In this document: positions 1-8,478 of the stretch, in pieces | Position numbering within the stretch: the first letter of the stretch is position 1 | How the letters are laid out: each line of letters begins with the position of its first letter | From: a virus | Direction: 5' to 3' (one strand) | DNA: 64,000 bases | Virus record (IMG/VR): IMGVR_UViG_3300047323_000694 | Location: 1 to 64,000 of that record | Notes under the pieces: generated by a model | The model's input: the letters and a program-made list of their open reading frames with translations, nothing else | Told to the model about the DNA's origin: nothing | Databases searched by the model: none | Translations under genes and position numbers: made by a program

Positions 1-375
1 ATGTCACTTACACAATTTGGTTCTGCGGTAAGGGAAAATCGCCGCCAAAGGAATATCACGCTTACGACAATGGCTGCGGCGCTAGGAACGTCCCCTGCCT
101 TTCTCAGCGCGATGGAAACCGGCCGAAGCAAGGTCCCGATGGAATGGGCCTCAAAAATCGCGACCTACTTCTCTTCTCAAGGTGAACCAGTTCAGGAAAG
201 TTTTCTGAAACGGCTTGCCTGTGAAGCGAATGACAGCGTGTCACTAGAAGGCCTCCCTCCGCATCACAAAATGCTTATTGCAGGCTTTGCCAACTCTCAC
301 CTAAACCAGGAACAGCTTGCCAAGCTCGGCAAATTGCTTACTGAGATCTATGCCGAGGAAAGTAAAAATGATTGA
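1..375 (+). CDS. XRE-family HTH transcriptional regulator
   Basis: FGSAVRENR..ITLTTMAAALGTSPAFLSAMETGR HTH_XRE pattern. Confidence 0.85.
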   Translation: MSLTQFGSAVRENRRQRNITLTTMAAALGTSPAFLSAMETGRSKVPMEWASKIATYFSSQGEPVQESFLKRLACEANDSVSLEGLPPHHKMLIAGFANSHLNQEQLAKLGKLLTEIYAEESKND

Positions 376-862
376 AGAAATTAACGAGCCTTACCGAATG
401 CGGGGGCATCGCGTCCCCTCTTTCACTCGCACAGAAATCGAATTTATCTCTGAGCGGGTTTGCCAAGTCCTGAAGCTGAGCAAAAAATCCTTTAGTCGAC
501 AAACAATCGGGAAGACGATTAATAGACTCGAAGAAAAAGGCGGCGTGGATATCGATGTAATCGACAACGATGAATGGCTTGACTGCACAAAAGCAACCGT
601 TGACCCGCAAGCTGCAATGATTTACATGCCAGAAAAGCTCTACGACGAACTCATGAGAGCGAGGCCAGAAGCCGTTCGTATTTTCCTACATGAGCTGGGT
701 CATGTTTTTTTGTGCCACAAACCACTGCTCCACTTCAGTGACGCTATGCCAAAAGAAATTGAAGACTCAGAATGGCAGGCGGATACATTTGCCGACTCAG
801 TGATTCAGCTACTTAGAATCCAGACACTGGAAGATCCACAGCTCGAAATAAAATTTTCTTAA
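368..862 (+). CDS. ImmA/IrrE-family (M78) zinc metallopeptidase
   Basis: HELGH motif followed by EWQADTFA; start overlaps the XRE stop. Confidence 0.88.
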   Translation: MIEEINEPYRMRGHRVPSFTRTEIEFISERVCQVLKLSKKSFSRQTIGKTINRLEEKGGVDIDVIDNDEWLDCTKATVDPQAAMIYMPEKLYDELMRARPEAVRIFLHELGHVFLCHKPLLHFSDAMPKEIEDSEWQADTFADSVIQLLRIQTLEDPQLEIKFS

Positions 863-1050
863 ACGCATGCCGAAATCATGCGTCAAGAAGATGGTAGTAG
901 TTACTCACTACTAAAGAAGCAATCCACTCGCTTCTTGCGGCGGAACAGAACGAGACGGTGGAATCCTCAAAATCGTGGCGGATTCTACAGCTTTTCTACC
1001 CCCTTGTCCATACCGGAAAGTAGTGGCCACAGCCAAAATTGGAGCTCGTT

Positions 1051-1170
1051 ATGAGTACCTATACTGACGACAAAGGCACATTTATCCTGCGATGGACACG
1101 CCACCTGAAAAGTGGAGTCATCATCAGGGCAAAAGGCAAGCCTTTTAAAATCTACATCAGCAAAGCCTAG
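1051..1170 (+). CDS. 39-aa basic micropeptide MSTYTDDKGTFILRWTRHLKSGVIIRAKGKPFKIYISKA
   Basis: GGAG Shine-Dalgarno at 1041-1044, open frame, hairpin directly after the stop; below the ORF-track cutoff. Confidence 0.65.
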   Translation: MSTYTDDKGTFILRWTRHLKSGVIIRAKGKPFKIYISKA

Positions 1171-1341
1171 ACCTAAAGATTCGCCCCTTTAGGTCTAAGG
1201 CCCAACAAACGTATGCACGTGAAGGTCTGCGACGTGCGTACCTTGCTTGAATCGCTGCTTTTTTGATCACTACGGGTCTGAAGATAGCAGAGGTGTGATA
1301 GCGAGTCCATAACTGCCGATCTATTTTTGGAGATAGGTGCC

Positions 1342-1455
1342 ATGTCTTTCACATGCCCAATTGTCCGACCTGTGCACGTCTGCGCGTACACCCGCATGCG
1401 TCGTGGCCAGCTCGAGTACGTATGCCAACATTGCCGTTCTTGGCCTAACCGCTAG
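1342..1455 (+). CDS. 37-aa basic Cys/His micropeptide MSFTCPIVRPVHVCAYTRMRRGQLEYVCQHCRSWPNR
   Basis: GGAG Shine-Dalgarno at 1329-1332; followed immediately by an intrinsic terminator. Confidence 0.65.
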   Translation: MSFTCPIVRPVHVCAYTRMRRGQLEYVCQHCRSWPNR

Positions 1456-1460
1456 TGGCA

Positions 1461-1493
1461 AACCGCCCTCCCGATAGAGGAGGGCGGCTTTTT
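1461..1493 (+). terminator. Rho-independent terminator
   Basis: CCGCCCTCC-loop-GGAGGGCGG stem followed by CTTTTT. Confidence 0.75.
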
Positions 1494-1579
1494 CGACCAC
1501 GGCTCCGTCCAGCTAGGCCGATCATTCGTGCAGCGTATGTCCGTCGTAGATAGTGAGTTGATCTACAGAGTAACCAGCG

Positions 1580-1595
1580 CTGTATATTTAAACAG
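1580..1595. promoter_or_regulatory. LexA (SOS) box
   Basis: CTGTATATTTAAACAG = CTG-N10-CAG with AT-rich core, 22 bp upstream of ATG 1618. Confidence 0.8.
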
Positions 1596-1617
1596 TTATC
1601 ATTATGAGTACCGGGAT

Positions 1618-2193
1618 ATGGAAATGACCTCCCTGCGAGAACTGCATAAAAGCATGATTGCAATTCGTATCGATATTCAACAATTTCAAGTAGTTACAGG
1701 CGCCGCTAGCTTCGACTGCCTCTTCTCCACTAGAGAGGCTCCTTTCATATTGGCCCTCACATCACGTGGTACGAACCCAAAATTTTTCAGGTTTGAGGTG
1801 TTGCCAGGGTACAAAATCAAAGATTATTTAGGTGAAATGTATGGCCCTTTGCTCGACGCGCTAAAGGTTGATGGCGCCAATGGACAGCCGCTCGTGCCAA
1901 AACAATTTCTTGACCAACTCAATAAGGCCATCCCCACCGAGGCTCACCTTAAGAACCGCCCTTCGCCTACCGAAATCATAAGACTAAGACCCGATATTGT
2001 TGAAGACAGGGATCGCCCGTTCTTTGACAGCTGGATCTACTGGGATCAAACCGTTCTCAATCCAAGAGGCCCACGTTCGGAGAACGTTTACAAAACTCGT
2101 TTGATGCTAGGTCTTGAGGCGGAAAAACATAGCCTCGAAATGAAAGCATCTTCCCGCTGGAGCGCTATTGATCTAGGGCATGACTGGAGATAG
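1618..2193 (+). CDS. DUF6037-like protein
   Basis: LRELHKSM..F..F..PFILAL..G.NP.FF and ENVYKTRLMLG..SSRWS motifs; start placed downstream of the LexA box. Confidence 0.6.
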   Translation: MEMTSLRELHKSMIAIRIDIQQFQVVTGAASFDCLFSTREAPFILALTSRGTNPKFFRFEVLPGYKIKDYLGEMYGPLLDALKVDGANGQPLVPKQFLDQLNKAIPTEAHLKNRPSPTEIIRLRPDIVEDRDRPFFDSWIYWDQTVLNPRGPRSENVYKTRLMLGLEAEKHSLEMKASSRWSAIDLGHDWR

Positions 2194-2659
2194 AAATGCT
2201 TTCACAAGCTGCTCCCGCTACCCTGGCCCGATCATAAGCCTCCGCCAACTCTCCCGCTCTCTGATCAGCCCTTTCGAGCAGGTCGGAGAGCACCAGGGCG
2301 GCGCGGGTGGTTGCCTGGCTTCGTTCGGTAGCGGCGGTATCGCCGGGGCAGTGGTTGGGCATGGCTGCCAGCTGTCGGGCTTGGTCGTGCAGCCGCTGGC
2401 CAGCACGATCAGCGTCAGCAGCATCCAGCGCGGCGGTTTCGAGTTGTTGTCTTGCATGTTCGCCCATCTCGTTCGCCGCTTTTTGTCGGCGTTGTTCTTC
2501 TGCGCGGGCGGTGCGTTCTGCCTCTGCCCTGCTCTCTGCCGCTGCGGTGCTCTGTTCTGCCCATTGGGCCTGCCATTTGTGGTCGGTGACGGTTACGCCG
2601 TGGCGGTAGGCGCCGATCAGAGCCAGGCCTGCCAGCGCTGTGATCAGCCATGGGCTCAC
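2165..2659 (-). CDS. Rz: i-spanin (Rz-like, DUF2514)
   Basis: N-terminal TM, Ala-rich coiled coil, AGAACE C-terminus; GTG start overlaps the upstream TGA. Confidence 0.85.
   Translation of the reverse strand: MSPWLITALAGLALIGAYRHGVTVTDHKWQAQWAEQSTAAAESRAEAERTARAEEQRRQKAANEMGEHARQQLETAALDAADADRAGQRLHDQARQLAAMPNHCPGDTAATERSQATTRAALVLSDLLERADQRAGELAEAYDRARVAGAACESISISSHALDQ
2218..2457 (-). CDS. Rz1: o-spanin lipoprotein embedded in Rz
   Basis: Lipobox LASGC, Pro-rich, CSPTC, in an alternative frame inside Rz. Confidence 0.8.
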   Translation of the reverse strand: MQDNNSKPPRWMLLTLIVLASGCTTKPDSWQPCPTTAPAIPPLPNEARQPPAPPWCSPTCSKGLIRERESWRRLMIGPG

Positions 2660-3114
2660 GCCAGCGCCTCCACCACAGCGCCTTGATGGGGCTTGGGCTG
2701 TTTGACCGGCGCCATCGGCCAACTGATCTCATGGGGAAAGCCAGGCTGTTGTTCAACGCGGTTCAAGGCGATCCGGTAGCGCTTCCAGGCGTTGAGCGCT
2801 GTCTCTTCTTCCATCGTGGCCTCGTCAAGGTCGACGGCGTCCTGCAAGGGCGCGATGCGCAGGGTTGCGTCACGTAGTTTCTGGTCGCGTTTGGCAAGGA
2901 GGATGGTGATCAGGTCGCGCTCGGTTCGCGGTGGGAACGGTTGTTTGCTGATGAGGCCTTGGCCATTGATGGTCCACAGGCCGTCGACCTCCTGAATAGA
3001 GCGACTCCATAGTTCATCATCTACCAGCACCGCCGTCGCGGGGATGTTGTGCAGGTTTTCCAGCAGGCGAGTTTTCAGGATGCCGAAGGCATCGAACACC
3101 ATGTATTTCTTCAT
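2656..3114 (-). CDS. Tail fiber assembly protein
   Basis: IAPLQDAVDL..AT.EE..L.AWKRYR..LNRV..GFP..I.WP motif. Confidence 0.85.
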   Translation of the reverse strand: MKKYMVFDAFGILKTRLLENLHNIPATAVLVDDELWSRSIQEVDGLWTINGQGLISKQPFPPRTERDLITILLAKRDQKLRDATLRIAPLQDAVDLDEATMEEETALNAWKRYRIALNRVEQQPGFPHEISWPMAPVKQPKPHQGAVVEALA

Positions 3115-3116
3115 GC

Positions 3117-3917
3117 TTAGTATCCAACAGAAAGCCAGAGTGCAGAGACGCCTTGGTCCGCACGACTATTTTCAAATGCGATGAGTATTTCGGTGGTGGA
3201 GAACGCGGCTACGGAAACGCCGGATGTCATCGCCCGCGCGGTGCCTTGGTGGTTCGCCAGAGCAATCAAGGCTCGGTTGGGATATTGCACCGGAAGTGGA
3301 TGAGTCTCTTCGAGGGTGCCTACTGTGTTCACGAGACGCGGCGGTGTCAGCCCCCACTGCAATATCAATCCACCCAGCCAACTGGGGAATATGACGTAGC
3401 CATTGGTCTCCCTCAAAAACTGGAATCCCAGGCGTAGTTTTTTCGGCGTGATGATGGTTGCATCGTCTGCGCCATCATTGACTTCAACCTGTGTCGCAAG
3501 CCTGGCAATACCTGGCGCCGCCTCTGTCGCCAGGGCGATGGCCGCAGTCTCGTCTGCCCAGCTGGCATCGGTCGAGGGTTCAGCCGTGTTGTCTGCGACC
3601 AAGGAGCGCCAAACCTTATCCTTGTGCCGCACCAGCGCGTTGATGCGATACGGCAAGGCCACCCCGCCGTTCTGTGCAGCCGACACCCAGTCGTGCACAC
3701 CCTGAGTCTGCAGGACAGCGATGGCCTCGGTGATGTCGTACAGCACGCCGTTCATGCCCTCGCGGGGCACCGGTTTGTAGTTGGGGTCGTTGTTGGCGCG
3801 CTCGTAATCGAATGGGAAACCCTGGTTGTAGCTCAGGCTTCCATCGGCCTGCACGCCGTCGGGTGGCGGCTCGCGGTCGCCTTGCACGGACCACGGAAAG
3901 CGAAAGTATTTGGCCAT
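3117..3917 (-). CDS. Short tail fiber protein
   Basis: ATEAAPGIARLAT repeat; NGY..FP..GLILQWG C-terminal domain. Confidence 0.8.
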   Translation of the reverse strand: MAKYFRFPWSVQGDREPPPDGVQADGSLSYNQGFPFDYERANNDPNYKPVPREGMNGVLYDITEAIAVLQTQGVHDWVSAAQNGGVALPYRINALVRHKDKVWRSLVADNTAEPSTDASWADETAAIALATEAAPGIARLATQVEVNDGADDATIITPKKLRLGFQFLRETNGYVIFPSWLGGLILQWGLTPPRLVNTVGTLEETHPLPVQYPNRALIALANHQGTARAMTSGVSVAAFSTTEILIAFENSRADQGVSALWLSVGY

Positions 3918-3920
3918 GGT

Positions 3921-4583
3921 TCAATCTCCAAAACTGCCATTGTTAAAGTTCAGGTGTTCGGCGCCGAAACCGAATCCGACGCGACGTTGTACGGCGAAGC
4001 GCACGCCGACGGCGGCGGGTCTGGGGAACAGGTCGTAGTAGTCGGTGATGAAGCTCAAGTCGCTGTCGGGCTGAAAGCCGAAGAAGTAAGTCACGTAGCT
4101 CATGTCCAGCGAATCGACGACCCAGGCGTTGCCCTGGTCGCCGAACAGTTCCTTGAGAAAGGCGTTGATCTCTGGAACCGTGCCCCGGCTGGTCAGCTGG
4201 AAATAGCGCAGGCGGATGACAAGTCGCTTTTGCTCGGTAGTCAGCGGCTGGGTACCGGCGTAGGCGCGGGCAAAGTTGCCGTTGCCGAAGTTCTGGTGAT
4301 GGGCTCCGAAACCGAACGCCGCCTTGTCGCGGCTGCTGGGCACGTCGACGCCCAGGGAGATATCGAGAATCCGTGCCCACACGCCCAGGCCAAAGTCATT
4401 CGCGGTGCGCGGGTCGAAGACGTCGCGTATCCAGTCGGACCAGAAGCGGCAATGGTTCTGTTCGTACCAGCGCTGCTTGAGGGTGATCAGCGCCTTGAGC
4501 TTTTCGGCGTTATCGCGCTGCCAGAGCAAGGCTTTGAGGGTGTCGAGGCTACAGGCGACGGCCTGGATGCGGTCGCCATTCAT
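3921..4583 (-). CDS. Baseplate wedge protein (DUF2612-like)
   Basis: ALLWQ..TANDFGL.VW.RIL and PRPAAV motifs; follows baseplate J. Confidence 0.75.
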   Translation of the reverse strand: MNGDRIQAVACSLDTLKALLWQRDNAEKLKALITLKQRWYEQNHCRFWSDWIRDVFDPRTANDFGLGVWARILDISLGVDVPSSRDKAAFGFGAHHQNFGNGNFARAYAGTQPLTTEQKRLVIRLRYFQLTSRGTVPEINAFLKELFGDQGNAWVVDSLDMSYVTYFFGFQPDSDLSFITDYYDLFPRPAAVGVRFAVQRRVGFGFGAEHLNFNNGSFGD

Positions 4584-5770
4584 ATCGGTACCACCAAAAT
4601 CGCGCCGACGCTGGTCTGGGCCTTCTGTTGAATGCTGATGGCCAGTTCATCGCGTTGCCAGTCGATGCCATCGAGCGAGATCTCCACCAGCCTGACGAAG
4701 ATGCGCGGCTCCACCTGGTTGACCGCGCCGGACAGTTCGAACGGCGAGACGTCATTGCCAACGACAAAGCCTGCGTCGCCCTCCAGTTTGCCGCCGACGT
4801 AATCCATGATTGCCTTGGGGATTACGGTCTGCCCGTCCAGATTGTTGAACCGCGCGGTGATCCGGATAAACACCGGGATCACCTGCGGGCGGTCGAACTG
4901 CACCATATACGGCTGACCGCTGGCCTGATCGATCACAGTAACGCTGACGGCGCCGTTCCAGCCGGCACCCAGACTCTTGCTGTCGAGCAGCGCTTGGGCC
5001 ACATCAAGATCGCTGCCGCCGTCGACACAGACGTAGATGCTGTGGGGCTTGAGCAGCACGCCATCGATGGTGGTCGGGGCATCGCTGATGTTTTCCCGGA
5101 AGGACAACGAGGCAACGCCTTCGGTGTCGTAGAGCCGGGAGATGATCGCCTCGGGCAAGGCGACGGATTGCAGGGCCAAGGTGTTACGGCGGCGACGGCG
5201 AGCGGCGACATCGGATTCCTTGAGACGCCCCTCGACGGCGTTGGCCGGGTTGCTGATGGTTTCCCAGCCCTGCACACCGGAGACGATGTTTTTCAGCTGG
5301 CCGGAGGCAGCTTTGACCGGCCCGAAGGCCACCGAACGAAAGGTGCCGAGCGCTTGCAGGTCGGCGCAGATCACCACGGTGGCTACCAGTTCGAACAGGT
5401 CGCCACTGCCCTCCACCGCCGCCCGCGATCCGGCCTCGATCACGGTACCGGGCTGACCGGTCATGACCACCCCGGTGACCACAGAACGAGTCGCCGCCAG
5501 CCGCCCGCCCCGGGTCAGCGACCAGATGGCGTCGAGGAAGACGCCCCCGGCCTGGTCGGGGTTGATCTGGTTGGCCAGGTCGGCGTTGTTGCGGGCTACG
5601 CTGTCGCGGGCTTCTATCTCGGCCGTGATCATCACGCCCTGGGGCGTTTCCGGGCGGGTATCCAGATCCTGGCCGAACGCGGCTTGCCACTCGGCAATGA
5701 CTTGGGACTGGATCTCGGCGGTGTCGGGGACAATCACGCCCTGGCCGTTGATGTAGTTAAAACTAGCCAC
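4580..5770 (-). CDS. Baseplate J/gp47-family protein
   Basis: TPQG..I and GR..ESD..RRR motifs; size and position. Confidence 0.85.
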   Translation of the reverse strand: MASFNYINGQGVIVPDTAEIQSQVIAEWQAAFGQDLDTRPETPQGVMITAEIEARDSVARNNADLANQINPDQAGGVFLDAIWSLTRGGRLAATRSVVTGVVMTGQPGTVIEAGSRAAVEGSGDLFELVATVVICADLQALGTFRSVAFGPVKAASGQLKNIVSGVQGWETISNPANAVEGRLKESDVAARRRRRNTLALQSVALPEAIISRLYDTEGVASLSFRENISDAPTTIDGVLLKPHSIYVCVDGGSDLDVAQALLDSKSLGAGWNGAVSVTVIDQASGQPYMVQFDRPQVIPVFIRITARFNNLDGQTVIPKAIMDYVGGKLEGDAGFVVGNDVSPFELSGAVNQVEPRIFVRLVEISLDGIDWQRDELAISIQQKAQTSVGAILVVPI

Positions 5771-6107
5771 TGAGCTTTCCCTCTCCCCAAGGCGTCTTGA
5801 TCGTGGCGACGTAGCCCAGTACGTCGCCGTGCAGGCGTGCGGTAAAAGCGACCACCTGCAGAACGTTGGGCACCTGCATCAGCCGGGCGCGGCCGGAGGC
5901 TTCGAACTGGGCGATGTTGGGCGTGCTGCCCCACAACACCGAATCGAACGGAATGCCCTGGTCGGCGTTATGGATCATCTCGCCCAGGCGGGCGCGCATG
6001 CTTTCTTCGGCCGATTGGGCCACGGCTTCAAGGTCACTGAGCAGCACCAATGAACGGTTGCTGCCCAATACCAGATCGTGGGTGCCGTCAGCCTGGAAGG
6101 TTTTCAT
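5763..6107 (-). CDS. Baseplate sheath initiator (gp25/GP46-like)
   Basis: LGE..N..QGIP motif; between spike and baseplate J. Confidence 0.7.
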   Translation of the reverse strand: MKTFQADGTHDLVLGSNRSLVLLSDLEAVAQSAEESMRARLGEMIHNADQGIPFDSVLWGSTPNIAQFEASGRARLMQVPNVLQVVAFTARLHGDVLGYVATIKTPWGEGKLSG

Positions 6108-6826
6108 AGGGGGAATCCTGTTGGCACCACAGGGCCAGGCGGCGCACTGGGTGGACCGGCATGGCTGTGGGTGTCGCCGATATTTATGCCGTTATGGGTC
6201 AGGGTGGCGCTGTTGATCGCCACCGCCCCCGCGTCAATGGCTACGCTGCCCGCCTGAATAGCCAGGTCCCCGGCCTCAATGCTCAAGGCGCCGCTGGTGA
6301 CTATCTCGCCCATTGGCCCTTCGATACGGAATTTCCCTGCGTGCAGGGACAGACACACCGAGCCGTCGAGGCTCTGGATCACCAGGGCGTCGGCATTGGC
6401 GCCATCGATGGCCCACTGTTTGAAGGTGTCGGGAAAGAACATCGCATCGCTGAAGGAATGCAGGCGCCGGGTATGGGGCCATTCCTCGCCGCCACCGCCC
6501 TGCATGATCAGGCTGATGTCGCGGTCGTTGGCCTTGAGCCAACCCAGGTCCCCGGCCTTGAGCGGAAAGCGGATGAAGAACCCGCCGCCGCCGAAGCGGA
6601 ACACCGGGACATTGGCCACCTGAGCGCGGGACAGCTTGCTGCCGTCGGTACCACCAATCATGACAACGGGATGGATCACGGCGCGGTTGCGGGCGTCGTC
6701 GTAGCTGATCACACGGGCGGGCAGCATGTCGTCGACGCCCATCAGCCATTTGTGCAGGGCGTCCTTGAGCACTCCGGCCAGGCTGCCCTCGCTGGCCTGG
6801 TCAGAGTTGGGTTTTTGCAGGGTCAT
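6104..6826 (-). CDS. Baseplate spike (Gp138-like)
   Basis: PV..GGGF.I.FPL..GD.G..DRDI..R.HS.SD motif; C-terminal HxH. Confidence 0.85.
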   Translation of the reverse strand: MTLQKPNSDQASEGSLAGVLKDALHKWLMGVDDMLPARVISYDDARNRAVIHPVVMIGGTDGSKLSRAQVANVPVFRFGGGGFFIRFPLKAGDLGWLKANDRDISLIMQGGGGEEWPHTRRLHSFSDAMFFPDTFKQWAIDGANADALVIQSLDGSVCLSLHAGKFRIEGPMGEIVTSGALSIEAGDLAIQAGSVAIDAGAVAINSATLTHNGINIGDTHSHAGPPSAPPGPVVPTGFPL

Positions 6827-7638
6827 AAACGGGTGGCCAGGGCGGTATAGAAAAAAGGGTCATCGTGGCTTTGCGCGTCGAAAGCCAATTGGTTGATCAC
6901 GTAGTCGCCATTGATGGCGGGATTGAGTTTTGAATCGATGCGCAGCGCCCCGCCGATGACGGTTTCGGGATCGATCAGAAAGGTGACTTTCACGCCCTTT
7001 TCGGTGGGCTTGGGAATGCCGACCATGCCTGAGTGCATGTTCAGAACGCGCAGGCGGCCATTCAGCGGCGCCGCCACGTCCTTGACCACCAAGGTGTCGT
7101 CGTCGATGTAAGCCGAGACGCCGCCGGCGGCCTGGAGCTTTTCCACCTGCTTGAGGGCGGCGCCAGTGTGGTTGTAGTTGGCGACGTTGCGCTCTTTGGC
7201 CTGAAAGTCCAGGGTCAGGTCCAGGTCCTTGGCCACCGCTTGCGCCAGGGAGGACAGCGAGCTGGAAGCGCCACCCGAGTTGGCCACCAGCTTGCCCGCC
7301 GCCGCCAGTTGGGTCTTGGCCTTGATGGTCAGGTCGATGTCCGGCGGGCTGCTGGGTTCGGCGCTTTCGATATCACCGAGAAATAGCCGGAACAGGCCGG
7401 TGGATTGACGCCCGACTTCGACGATCAGGCGCTTGGGTGTGCGGTTGGCATTGAAAGCGCTGGTTTCGGTCAGCAGGTAGTCGCGGGTTTCCTGTTTGAG
7501 ACCGGTGATGGTGAGGGTGCAGTCGTTTTGCAGGGGGGTGGCGTACTTGGTGCCGCTGGCTTTGACCCGTAGGCCTTCGTAGTAGTTGATCCGGCCATTG
7601 ACCTCGATGCCGATCCGGATACGGCGCAGATCAAGCAT
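6823..7638 (-). CDS. Baseplate hub protein
   Basis: GMVGIP..T..G motif; synteny. Confidence 0.75.
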   Translation of the reverse strand: MLDLRRIRIGIEVNGRINYYEGLRVKASGTKYATPLQNDCTLTITGLKQETRDYLLTETSAFNANRTPKRLIVEVGRQSTGLFRLFLGDIESAEPSSPPDIDLTIKAKTQLAAAGKLVANSGGASSSLSSLAQAVAKDLDLTLDFQAKERNVANYNHTGAALKQVEKLQAAGGVSAYIDDDTLVVKDVAAPLNGRLRVLNMHSGMVGIPKPTEKGVKVTFLIDPETVIGGALRIDSKLNPAINGDYVINQLAFDAQSHDDPFFYTALATRL

Positions 7639-7933
7639 CGAACTCTCCCGGCGCGGCATAGACCAGCAACTGGTCGAGGCCGAAGCGCTGCCACCACGGC
7701 AGCTCATCATTTTCAGTGAGGAACCAGAAATTACCCTCGCCCGCCAGGTAGCCGAACGGCAGCAGCGGCGTACCCGCCACCAACCGTTGGCCGAGCAGGA
7801 TCACATCGTCATTGCGGTGAACGTCGGCGAACATGACGTGCTGGCCAACCTTGAGGGTCAAGCTCCAGCGCTGGCCGCTCAGGGTCACATTCAGCTGTTG
7901 GTTGGGTACGCGGCTCAGGGGAATGTCTCTCAT
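7631..7933 (-). CDS. Baseplate plug/hub-associated protein
   Basis: IPL..PNQ and FG..QLLVY pattern; synteny. Confidence 0.65.
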   Translation of the reverse strand: MRDIPLSRVPNQQLNVTLSGQRWSLTLKVGQHVMFADVHRNDDVILLGQRLVAGTPLLPFGYLAGEGNFWFLTENDELPWWQRFGLDQLLVYAAPGEFDA

Positions 7934-8478
7934 CAGTTGTAAGCTCTGTGTAGAAGGCTGGCCTTTTTCTGGTTGGCCGCGGTGGTCTCGGTAGTTTGCT
8001 GATTGCCCTTTTTCACGGTGCTGGCCTGGGCTGGGTTGGCGACCTTGCGCGGCGGAAGGTCACCGTATTCAGGGGTGATACTGGTGACTTCCAACAGCTT
8101 GACCGCTACCGCGATCGACTCGCCCTGATCCGGCGTTTCGTCGTGGGGCAGCTCGCTGATCAGCATGTTCGGATAGCTGCGAACCTTGGTCTGCACGATC
8201 AGTTCTGTACCGTCCAGCCAGGCTTGGCGCAAGGCTTCGAAGAGATTGCGCGAGTCACTGACCAGCAATAGCGGCAAGCTGATTTCCACCGGGTTGATGA
8301 CGCGATGATCCGTGCGCTGGCTGCCGTCTTCGACGGCGAAGGTGGTCAGCTTGGCGGTTTCCCGGACACTGACCTGCATCGGGTTGGCGTTCTGGAACAG
8401 CGGCTGAAAGCTTTGTGCATCGAGAATTGCCACCAGATCCTGGGCCGACTCATGCACGGACAGATCGGTCTGGGCCAT
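7933..8478 (-). CDS. Distal tail/tube initiator (Dit-like)
   Basis: VEDG..TDH..P and YPNMLI motifs; follows tape measure. Confidence 0.7.
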   Translation of the reverse strand: MAQTDLSVHESAQDLVAILDAQSFQPLFQNANPMQVSVRETAKLTTFAVEDGSQRTDHRVINPVEISLPLLLVSDSRNLFEALRQAWLDGTELIVQTKVRSYPNMLISELPHDETPDQGESIAVAVKLLEVTSITPEYGDLPPRKVANPAQASTVKKGNQQTTETTAANQKKASLLHRAYN

